DNA of 64,000 nucleotides from an uncultured Acidobacteriota bacterium (lineage in GTDB: Bacteria > Acidobacteriota > Thermoanaerobaculia > Gp7-AA8): contig CAVUKB010000005.1 of the NCBI GenBank assembly GCA_963741955.1, positions 1,312,001 to 1,376,000 of the forward strand. The letters run 5' to 3'. Positions 27,728 to 35,900 of the stretch are shown piece after piece. Position numbers and translations under genes: made by a program. The notes beneath the pieces were generated by a model, which was given only the letters and a program-made list of their open reading frames with translations, was not told where the DNA came from and made no database searches. Each line of letters begins with the position of its first letter. Position 1 is the first letter of the stretch.

Positions 27728-28144
27728 ATGGACGCTCCGAATCAGATCGGCGAAGTCCGCGGCGACATCAACGTCACTCCTCTGGTCGATGTCTGTCTGG
27801 TGCTGCTGATCATCTTCATGGTGGTCACTCCGATGCTCCAGCAGGGAATCGACGTCCTCCTTCCAGAGGGAGCTCACGCCGTCGACAAACCGGGAGAGCG
27901 GACGGACCTGATCATCACCATCAAATCCGACGGGACGGTGTTCGTCGGCCGGAAGTGGATCACTGACCAGGACCTCGAGAAGTATCTGCACTCCGAGCAC
28001 GAGCGCGATCCGAATCGCGCGGTGGTGCTGAAGGCCGACCGGCGGCTGAAGTTCGGAAAAATCCGAAAGGTGATGAAAGCCGCAAACGACGCAGAGTTCT
28101 CGCGGGTGGCAATCCTCACCGAACCGCAGCAGAAGGGATCCTGA
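27728..28144 (+). CDS. exbD: ExbD/TolR family protein
   Basis: INVTPLVDVCLVLLIIFMV. Confidence 0.92.
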   Translation: MDAPNQIGEVRGDINVTPLVDVCLVLLIIFMVVTPMLQQGIDVLLPEGAHAVDKPGERTDLIITIKSDGTVFVGRKWITDQDLEKYLHSEHERDPNRAVVLKADRRLKFGKIRKVMKAANDAEFSRVAILTEPQQKGS

Positions 28145-28145
28145 G

Positions 28146-28568
28146 ATGGCGATGAGCGGATCGATCGGAAGAGGAGTCCACAGCGAGATCAACGTCACGC
28201 CGCTGGTGGACATCGTGCTGGTCCTCCTGATCATCTTCATGGTGCTCACGCCGGTTCTTCAGATGGGTCTCGACGTGGAAGTTCCTCCGAAGGTCGAGGT
28301 GTCGACGCCGCCTCCCGACTCAGAAGCCACGCAGTTGGTGGTTGCGGTCCGGGACGATGGGATCTATCTGAACAAGGAGAAGATCGGCAGTCCGGACGAG
28401 CTGCGCAAACGGCTGGCCGCGGTCCTGCCGGCTCGGAAAGAGGACGACCGGGTCGTGTTTCTCACCGCCGACGACGACGTCGGGTTCGACCGCACGGTCA
28501 AGGCGATGGACGCGGCGCGCGGTGCGGGCGCGCTGCGGGTCGGCTTCCTGACCGATCCGCTGAAATAG
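28146..28568 (+). CDS. exbD: ExbD/TolR family protein (second copy)
   Basis: INVTPLVDIVLVLLIIFMV. Confidence 0.92.
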   Translation: MAMSGSIGRGVHSEINVTPLVDIVLVLLIIFMVLTPVLQMGLDVEVPPKVEVSTPPPDSEATQLVVAVRDDGIYLNKEKIGSPDELRKRLAAVLPARKEDDRVVFLTADDDVGFDRTVKAMDAARGAGALRVGFLTDPLK

Positions 28569-28596
28569 GTTGCGGCAGGAGGGAGTGCCCCGGAAG

Positions 28597-28694
28597 TGGC
28601 GGAGGCGTGTCGGAATCGAACCAACCCTTCGACGCTTCCGCGCCGAAACTACGGTTTTGAAGACCGCGGGGGCCACCAGACCCCTTTCGCCTCC
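28597..28694 (-). tRNA. selC: tRNA-Sec (UCA), selenocysteine tRNA
   Basis: 98 nt; anticodon loop CTTCAAA; 6-bp D-stem with 4-nt loop (GGGGTC-TGGT-GGCCCC); long variable arm; 5-bp T-stem; G73 discriminator and encoded CCA. Confidence 0.93.
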
Positions 28695-28793
28695 ATTCCG
28701 GGCCGCGAGACGATAACAGAAGCGCGCGGCAGATGCATCCCACCGTCTGCGATCGACATCCTCGCATCCGCCATCGGCGCTCGTCTCTCCGTA

Positions 28794-28975
28794 AGCCCGG
28801 ACTATTCACGGGACTTCTGCTGCGGAGCGCGATCCGGGCTTGTCTGCGACGTCAGACGGCGGGGGTGCTCCTCAACGTAGTGCAGCGACTACGCCTCGTC
28901 GCAAAATCGCCGTCTTCCTTGCATCCCGGCCCGCCTCGCACTCCTCGCGACGAAATCCCGTGAATGATCCGGGCT
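28794..28975. mobile_element. MITE-like element (182 bp) with 20-bp terminal inverted repeats
   Basis: AGCCCGGACTATTCACGGGA and TCCCGTGAATGATCCGGGCT match as inverted repeats at 18/20. Nested internal complementary blocks, no credible gene inside, and a second copy at 22666. Confidence 0.75.
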
Positions 28976-28986
28976 AGAATGCCGGG

Positions 28987-29787
28987 ATGACGACATTGCT
29001 GACGATCTACGCGTTCGCACTCGGGGCGGTGATCGGCAGCTTTCTGAACGTCGTGATCTACCGATGGCCGCGGGAGGAATCGATCGTCTTCCCACCGAGC
29101 CATTGCCCGAATTGTGGCGCGCGCATCAGGCCGTGGGACAACGTACCGATCGTTTCGTGGATCCTCCTCCTCGGTCGCTGCCGTTCATGTCGTCAGCCGA
29201 TCTCGGCCCGCTATCCCACGATCGAGCTGGTCAACGGTCTCTTTTTCGCGGCGGTCTTTCTTCACTCCGGGATCGCGATCGATTTTCTTCTCCTCGCCAC
29301 GATCTGTTCGATGCTGATCGTTCTGATCTATATCGATCTCGACATCCAGCTTCTCCCGGACGTCGTCGACATCCCGGGAATCGGAGTCGGCCTCCTGATG
29401 GGCGCGCTCGGAGCCGGACGGGCGATGCCGGAGCTGGTCATCTCGGATTCACTCCTCGATTCGGTGATCGGCGCCGCCGCCGGGGCGGGAATCATCTTCG
29501 CCGTCGGGATGGCGTACAAGCTTCTTCGCGGGATGGAAGGGATGGGACTCGGTGACGTGAAGATGCTCGCGATGATCGGTGCGGTGGTGGGGTGGAGAGC
29601 GGTCGCTCCGGTGATCTTCGGCGCCTCGTTCGTCGGAGCGATCTTCGGGCTCGTCATCGCGGCGAAGAACCGTCAGGGACTGCAGTTCGCTCTCCCCTTC
29701 GGCGTCTTTCTCGGTCTCTCGACTTTCGCCACCATCTTCTTTGGCCATACACTGCTGGAATGGTACCGGTCGCTGCTCCTCGGCTGA
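28987..29787 (+). CDS. pilD: Prepilin peptidase (A24) with N-terminal Zn domain
   Basis: GSFLNVVIYR, CPNC..CRSC, catalytic Asp motifs YID and GLGDVK, and LPFG. Confidence 0.93.
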   Translation: MTTLLTIYAFALGAVIGSFLNVVIYRWPREESIVFPPSHCPNCGARIRPWDNVPIVSWILLLGRCRSCRQPISARYPTIELVNGLFFAAVFLHSGIAIDFLLLATICSMLIVLIYIDLDIQLLPDVVDIPGIGVGLLMGALGAGRAMPELVISDSLLDSVIGAAAGAGIIFAVGMAYKLLRGMEGMGLGDVKMLAMIGAVVGWRAVAPVIFGASFVGAIFGLVIAAKNRQGLQFALPFGVFLGLSTFATIFFGHTLLEWYRSLLLG

Positions 29788-31460
29788 CGAGGATCGGGTT
29801 CCGCCGCGACGTCAAACTCTTCCTCGGCGTGCTGGTCACGTTTCTCGTACTCCTGATCATGGTCCTCCTGCTGCTCCTGCAGGGGTCGATCAGGACCGAC
29901 GCGGAGGAGATGAACGCCCGCTGGAACGACATCGCCGACATGGCCACGGAGTGGCTGACGGCGACGGCTCGTCCGCAGCAGGCAGGAGACATCGAGGGAA
30001 GGCTGATCTACCTGCGCGGCCGGCTCGATGTGACGGCGATCGAGCTCTCGCGCGGCGGTTCAGCGCCGATCGTCTCCGGCAACCCCAGTGAGATTCCGGA
30101 GATCCGGAAAATCGCGCGCACAACCTCGTTCGGAACCGTCACATACGACTTCGACGCCTCTGGACTCGAGGCTTCGAGACGCCGCTTCATGGTGACTGCA
30201 GCGATCGCGTTCGGGACTTCGCTCCTCGGCGGCATCCTTCTGTTTCTCTATATCCCGCGGATCGTTCGCCCCATCGAAGAGATGCTCGATCAGGCGAAGG
30301 AGCTCGGGGAGAACCGCCCCGATGGAGACGAAACGAGGTATCTGATCGAGACGTTCCGGACTTCGATCGAGCGACTGAAGCTGCAGGAAGCGGAGCTCAA
30401 GCGGCTCCACGATCTCGAGAAGGCGCGCGCCGATGAGCTGGAGAGAATCACCGCCACCCTCACGCGATCGCTCTCGTCCGGATTCGTCGCATTCGACCGG
30501 GAAGGGGCCATCGTCGACGCGAATGTCGCCGCCCGGGAGATCCTCAGTCTGGACCCCGCCTCGACTGTGAGTGGCCGCAAAGCATCGGCGGCGTTCGGCG
30601 ATTCGCCTTTCTCCCGCGTTCTGGAGGACGCGGTCCGAGAGCGGCAGACCCTGGCCCGGGAGGAAGTTCCGCTCTATGGTGAGCGCATTCTCGGACTGAG
30701 CACCGTACAGTTGGTGAATGAACAGAACCAGTTTTTCGGAATGCTCGCCCTCTTCACCGATCTCACCCCGATCCGGAAGCTCGAATCGCGCCTGCGGGAG
30801 ATGCAGACGCTGGCGGACCTCGGAGAGATCTCGGCCGGAATCGCACACGAGTTCCGGAATGCACTCTCCACGATCCTCGGATATCTCAAGCTTGCACAAC
30901 GGGACGAGCTCCCTCCCGAGGCCGGGCGGAGAGTGGCGCGGGCGGAAGCGGAAGCGGTCGAGCTCTCCACCGCAGTCGAGCGCCTTCTGAATTTCGCACG
31001 GCCGATCAATCTCGAATCACGTCCGGTGAACGTGAACGATTTGATCGAAAGTATCTTCGACCGATTCGGAGCCCAGGCGCCCGAGATCGATTTCTCGATG
31101 ACCGGCGATCCGCTCCGGATCGAGGGCGACCCGAACCTCCTCGCCCGCGCGTTCGAAAATATCGTGCGGAATGGTGTCGACGCGATCCGCGAGAAGGGGA
31201 CCGAAGGGCGGGTTCGGGTCGAGATCCGGAAGTCGCCGGTCCCCCGCGTCACGTTCACGGACAACGGCATCGGGATCGACGAGAAGGACGTCCAGCGGCT
31301 GTTCCTCCCGTTCCAGAGCGGCAAGCCAGCCGGAACGGGACTCGGTCTGGCGATCACGAGAAAGATCCTGCTGCTCCACGGAGCGACGATCCGACTCGCC
31401 GGAACGGCGGAATCCGGTGCTCAGGTGACGATCGAGTTCCCGCCGCAGAGCGAAGGGTGA
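29760..31460 (+). CDS. Membrane sensor histidine kinase (PAS; PilS/NtrB-like)
   Basis: Two TM helices, H-box AHEFRN, N-box, DNGIG and GTGLGL; start uncertain (ATG 29760 or CTG 29784). Confidence 0.9.
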   Translation: MVPVAAPRLTRIGFRRDVKLFLGVLVTFLVLLIMVLLLLLQGSIRTDAEEMNARWNDIADMATEWLTATARPQQAGDIEGRLIYLRGRLDVTAIELSRGGSAPIVSGNPSEIPEIRKIARTTSFGTVTYDFDASGLEASRRRFMVTAAIAFGTSLLGGILLFLYIPRIVRPIEEMLDQAKELGENRPDGDETRYLIETFRTSIERLKLQEAELKRLHDLEKARADELERITATLTRSLSSGFVAFDREGAIVDANVAAREILSLDPASTVSGRKASAAFGDSPFSRVLEDAVRERQTLAREEVPLYGERILGLSTVQLVNEQNQFFGMLALFTDLTPIRKLESRLREMQTLADLGEISAGIAHEFRNALSTILGYLKLAQRDELPPEAGRRVARAEAEAVELSTAVERLLNFARPINLESRPVNVNDLIESIFDRFGAQAPEIDFSMTGDPLRIEGDPNLLARAFENIVRNGVDAIREKGTEGRVRVEIRKSPVPRVTFTDNGIGIDEKDVQRLFLPFQSGKPAGTGLGLAITRKILLLHGATIRLAGTAESGAQVTIEFPPQSEG

Positions 31461-31591
31461 ACGCCAGCAACAGCAGGGGCCTCGTCGTGTTACAATTTGT
31501 ACCAGCCGGAGAATGATCGGCGCCCCACAGCCCAGCCACTATCGCCACTAATTCCAGCAGGTACAGAGAGTTGGCGGCATGAACCGAGCCG

Positions 31592-31607
31592 TGGCATTTT
31601 GACTGCA
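31592..31607 (+). promoter_or_regulatory. Possible sigma54 promoter of the minor pilin operon
   Basis: TGGCATTTTGACTGCA (GG-N10-GC); the implied +1 is only about 5 nt before the ATG, which weakens the call. Confidence 0.4.
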
Positions 31608-31622
31608 CAGGGGAGACTCATC

Positions 31623-32192
31623 ATGACCATCACATCGCGTCCGAAACACTCATCGCCTGGATACACACTGATCGAGGCGCTCGTAGTGGTCGCCATCGTC
31701 GGTCTGATCTCGCTCGTCACCGTGCCGAACTTCATCAGCTATTTGCGCTCGGCGAAGATCAAGTCGGCCGTTCGCAACTTCGCGTCGGACATGCGGGAGG
31801 CACGGCAACTCGCGGTTTCGGAGCACCGGCGGGTGATGGTCAGTTTCGGCACCGCCGGCAACGAGATCTATCACTACTGGATCTACCGTGACATGAACGG
31901 CACGTGGGAGCTGACCGCCAATGGTGAACATTCCCTCGAGCCCGAGACCGGGGACGCGGCGAAGACGGTGTCGTTCGCCGCGTTTCCAAGCGACGGGTTC
32001 AAGAACGTGCCGGGGGAAGACGGAACCGGACGGGTGGACCTGTTCTATCTGCCGAATGGATCCGTCAGCTCCGATGGAATCAGCCCGAGCGTTCCGACGA
32101 CATCCACCGTCGTCGTCCAGACGAGCGCCGAAGTTCCGAAGAAACTGTACACATTCAACATTTCGCTTGCAGGGAACCTGAAAGTTCAGTGA
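31623..32192 (+). CDS. FimT/FimU/GspH-like minor pilin
   Basis: Class III signal G|YTLIEAL, followed by a hydrophobic helix and AR..AV. Confidence 0.88.
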   Translation: MTITSRPKHSSPGYTLIEALVVVAIVGLISLVTVPNFISYLRSAKIKSAVRNFASDMREARQLAVSEHRRVMVSFGTAGNEIYHYWIYRDMNGTWELTANGEHSLEPETGDAAKTVSFAAFPSDGFKNVPGEDGTGRVDLFYLPNGSVSSDGISPSVPTTSTVVVQTSAEVPKKLYTFNISLAGNLKVQ

Positions 32193-32220
32193 TGAAAGCG
32201 TGAGAACGGAAGGGGCGGCA

Positions 32221-32793
32221 ATGCAACCGAATCGGCAACGGAATCAGCGCGGGTACAACCTCGTCGAAGTGCTCATCGCGATGGGACTCCTCGCGAGCGT
32301 CCTGCTCTCGATCGTGACCCTGTTTTTCTTCGGTCGGAAGAACGTCTACAGCGGGAAGCAAATGACGGAAGCGGTGGCAGTCGGAAATCACGTCATGGAA
32401 GACTTCGCGAACATGACGATGGCGCAGGTCTACTCGAATTTCGCGGTGACCGGGACCCCGGCTACCGCGAACTACACGCTCTTCGGGACCACCTACAACA
32501 ACGCGCTGATCCGTTCGACCGATCCGAATGTCGTTTCCGGCGGGCTGAACATCTCGGCGGAAGGATCTTCGGCTCTCCTCACGACGTGGAAGAACGAGAT
32601 CCAGAAGAAATTCCAGGCCGGGGCGGTCACCATCATCATGGTCCCGACCCTCCCTGCGTCACCCGTTCTCAAATCGGGCACGAACAACCCCGCAGCCAAA
32701 ATTCTGCAGGTCCACGCCATCGTGAGCTGGATCGAAGAGGGGCGGCAGCGACACATCGTGCTCGACACAGTCAAAATCCGCCGCGGAGCATGA
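32221..32793 (+). CDS. PilV-like minor pilin
   Basis: RG|YNLVEVLIAM; second position in the fimT-pilVWX order. Confidence 0.85.
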   Translation: MQPNRQRNQRGYNLVEVLIAMGLLASVLLSIVTLFFFGRKNVYSGKQMTEAVAVGNHVMEDFANMTMAQVYSNFAVTGTPATANYTLFGTTYNNALIRSTDPNVVSGGLNISAEGSSALLTTWKNEIQKKFQAGAVTIIMVPTLPASPVLKSGTNNPAAKILQVHAIVSWIEEGRQRHIVLDTVKIRRGA

Positions 32794-32794
32794 G

Positions 32795-35700
32795 ATGACG
32801 AATCGAAGAAGGCGTCACCAGTCAGAGCTCGGATTCACCCTTGCAGAGATCATCGTCGCGGTCGCGATCTTCGCGGTCATCTTCATCGCCGCGCTCGCGA
32901 TCTACGACCAGAGCAACAAGGTCTTCAAGACCGGCGTCGAGAACTCGGAGATGCAGCAGACCACCCGGGTCGCGTTCGACAAGCTGGTCTCCGACATCCG
33001 GATGGCGGGGTTCGACTTCGACCGCGACGGAATTCCCAGTGGCTCCACGACGAACGCCTCGACCGGGGCGACGATCAACCAGTACCAGCAGCCGGACGAA
33101 CAGATCGAGTACGTCGGAGCGAGCGCGATCACCATCCGCGGGAACTTCGACTTCGAGACCGATGCGGCACACGAGAACGGGCGGGAGAGCGGTGACGGCA
33201 CGGCTGCCCATCCCGATTACGAGTCCAGCCAATTCCCGGTCGTGACGACGGAGAACGACGAGATCGTCACCTACGTGCTGGAGTCGGCCGACAGCGCGAA
33301 AAATACGCAGAGCGTCACGTTCTATGCAGATACGGATGTTCCTCGAGATGTCTATCCAGGAACGGGAGGGAAGTCCGAAAACCTGGTCACGATCTCGGGC
33401 GTCGATCTGACGAACAACAATCCCCCGTACACACTCGTTCGGGTCACGCTCGACAACAACAAGGCAGTGGTCCGGACGCCTCTGGCGAACAACATCCGCA
33501 GCATGACGTTCCAGTATTACGAAGATTACTCCGGCATCAAGCCCCTCACGAACCTCAACGGGACTGAAATCACTCAGGCAAACCTCGCCTCGACCGTCGG
33601 CGGTCTCGGACAGTACAACCCGAACGATCCTGCCAGTTCCGCAGTTCCGAGAGGAATCCGCGGGAAAGTGCAGTCGGTCCGTCTGACGCTGATCGGGATG
33701 AGTGAGGCTCCCGATCTGAGCTACACCAACCCCGACGAGCCTCTCAGTACCAATGTGAAGCTCGCCGACGGCAGCATGGCCAATATCAGGAATTTCCGGC
33801 AGTACCGCCTGGAAAGCCTCATCACTCCGCGAAACTTCGCGAAACGTGGAATCCGCGAGCAGGAAGACCGTCCTCCGGGCCAACCGACTCTCAAGAGCGT
33901 CTGCTGGGGCTGGTGCGGCACGGCGTACGTGACGTGGGAGGCGCCGCTGCCTGACGCCTCCACCGGCAGCGTCGAGACTTACGCGGTCCTCTATTGCGAC
34001 GCGAGCGCCGGCGCGTGCACTCCGACAATCCCGTTCCAGGCGGGTCTGGCGACCAGCACCTTCGTCGGCGGACTGAATCCGAATCACAGTTACACGTTCA
34101 CGGTCGAAGCGATCAACAGCTTCGGCGCGGCCACGGCGAGCACCACATATACCGCTTCGATGGCGAACCTCGCGCAGCCTCAAGCGCCGCAAAATGTGGT
34201 GGCGACGGGAGGACCCTCTCCGGCGCCGCCTGCGCAGCCGAACGCCATCGCACTCACCTGGACCCGTCCGCTTTCAGCGAGCGGCAGTCTCAGCTGCAGT
34301 GCCGGAACGGCCCCGACCGGAAATACAGCCATGCCGATCGAGGAGATCCGAGGATGGAAGATCGACCGGCGGATCGTCGGAACCGATCCCGCAACCGGAA
34401 ATCCCTATCCATTCGTTCCCTGGGTCGACTACGACGCGACCGATCCGCGCGCGCCGGTCATCGATCCCCTGACGAACACCGTGACGTGGGTCGACGCCAA
34501 CAGTCTCACCGACAAGACGCACTACGTGGTGAATTGCGTCGATTACGAGTACCGGATACGAGAAGTCGAAGGCGGCAATCCGCCCTGTAACCCCGGATCG
34601 GCAACGAGTGGCATCAGTGGTTATTCGACCATCGTCCGCGGGCGTGCCGAGTCGGACGTGAAACCCGCCGCACCGACGGCACTCAACATCGACTCGGCGC
34701 AGTCCAGTTGCACGAACGGCGGCAACTGTTCGGTCGCTCTGACCTGGCCCGCCGTCCGGACCGACGTGAACAACACACCGATCATGGCTCTGAGCTACCA
34801 CCTCCACATCTACCAGAAGCTCGAGTCCGATCCGACCTTCCCGATGACCGAGATGGCCGGGGCTCCGCTGCTCGTCGACGTCATCAGTCCCGTCGCGGGC
34901 GTCGACGCGACGTTCGATGAAACGACCGGCATGGTCACGGCGACGATCGATCAGAAGAAGACATCCGGATTCCTCCCCGAAAAGGATCCGTCGAGCGGAC
35001 AGGATTACCAGTACAGGTTCGTCGTGACCGCCGTCCAGTGCGGCTCGCCCGACAGCGACCCGAGCCCCGAGCAGATTTACCCCTGCGACATGGGCGGGGT
35101 GACGTTCTCGACGTCGATGTCGGTCCTGGTGGAAGGCACCGGAACCATCGCATCACCCTGGGTCACTTCTGCTCCGGCAAACGTCGATGTCGCGGTGAAG
35201 GACTCCGCCGGCGCACCGGCCACGGTCGACGAGATCTCGGCGAAGGCGCTGATCGGGAACGACACCGTAGATCTCGGCACTCAGGGCGGTCCGATCAGCA
35301 CCGCGTCGTTCGGATGGCCGTCAGGAATGACCGACGGGGTCGTGTATACACTCCAGGTCACCATCAAGAAGGGGCTCTGCACGAACACCCAGAGCTACTA
35401 CGTGATGGAGACGGCGAACAACTGCTGTCTCACGCCGCGTGCGACGAGAGATGGAACGCTGATCGATCCGAGCGTGATGACGTTCGACGGCCCCAGCCAG
35501 CTGGTGAAGGTCAGGCTCATCAACACTTGTGATCAGGACCTGACGATCACCAGCATCGAGATCAAATGGGACAACGCCTTCCTCAACGGGAAGGGATCGA
35601 AGAAACTCGACCACGTGACCTACCCGCCGGTGAGCGGCACGACCCGGGCCGTAGACACCATCGGCACGACCGGCACTCCAGTGACCACACAACCGTCGAG

Positions 35701-35887
35701 TGCTTCGCCAGCGGCGAGCGCGATCATTCCGGCGGGATCCTCGTCGTACTACATCGAGATTTATTTCTCGCAACCGTTCTCCGGTTCGCCGGTGACTCAG
35801 GTCTGCGTCCAGTACACAACCGCGACGGGGAACGATACCTGCCAGATCGTGCCGTCACCTTCGTTGAACGACAGCACGTGCGACTAG
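32795..35887 (+). CDS. Giant PilW-like minor pilin with fibronectin type III-like repeats (1030 aa)
   Basis: G|FTLAEI and DIRMAG (PilW-like); FN3-like motifs (VTWEAP..YAV..GLNPNHSYTFTVEAINSFG, LTWTRP, LTWPAV). Confidence 0.85.
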   Translation: MTNRRRRHQSELGFTLAEIIVAVAIFAVIFIAALAIYDQSNKVFKTGVENSEMQQTTRVAFDKLVSDIRMAGFDFDRDGIPSGSTTNASTGATINQYQQPDEQIEYVGASAITIRGNFDFETDAAHENGRESGDGTAAHPDYESSQFPVVTTENDEIVTYVLESADSAKNTQSVTFYADTDVPRDVYPGTGGKSENLVTISGVDLTNNNPPYTLVRVTLDNNKAVVRTPLANNIRSMTFQYYEDYSGIKPLTNLNGTEITQANLASTVGGLGQYNPNDPASSAVPRGIRGKVQSVRLTLIGMSEAPDLSYTNPDEPLSTNVKLADGSMANIRNFRQYRLESLITPRNFAKRGIREQEDRPPGQPTLKSVCWGWCGTAYVTWEAPLPDASTGSVETYAVLYCDASAGACTPTIPFQAGLATSTFVGGLNPNHSYTFTVEAINSFGAATASTTYTASMANLAQPQAPQNVVATGGPSPAPPAQPNAIALTWTRPLSASGSLSCSAGTAPTGNTAMPIEEIRGWKIDRRIVGTDPATGNPYPFVPWVDYDATDPRAPVIDPLTNTVTWVDANSLTDKTHYVVNCVDYEYRIREVEGGNPPCNPGSATSGISGYSTIVRGRAESDVKPAAPTALNIDSAQSSCTNGGNCSVALTWPAVRTDVNNTPIMALSYHLHIYQKLESDPTFPMTEMAGAPLLVDVISPVAGVDATFDETTGMVTATIDQKKTSGFLPEKDPSSGQDYQYRFVVTAVQCGSPDSDPSPEQIYPCDMGGVTFSTSMSVLVEGTGTIASPWVTSAPANVDVAVKDSAGAPATVDEISAKALIGNDTVDLGTQGGPISTASFGWPSGMTDGVVYTLQVTIKKGLCTNTQSYYVMETANNCCLTPRATRDGTLIDPSVMTFDGPSQLVKVRLINTCDQDLTITSIEIKWDNAFLNGKGSKKLDHVTYPPVSGTTRAVDTIGTTGTPVTTQPSSASPAASAIIPAGSSSYYIEIYFSQPFSGSPVTQVCVQYTTATGNDTCQIVPSPSLNDSTCD

Positions 35888-35900
35888 TAAGGAGCCGTCC

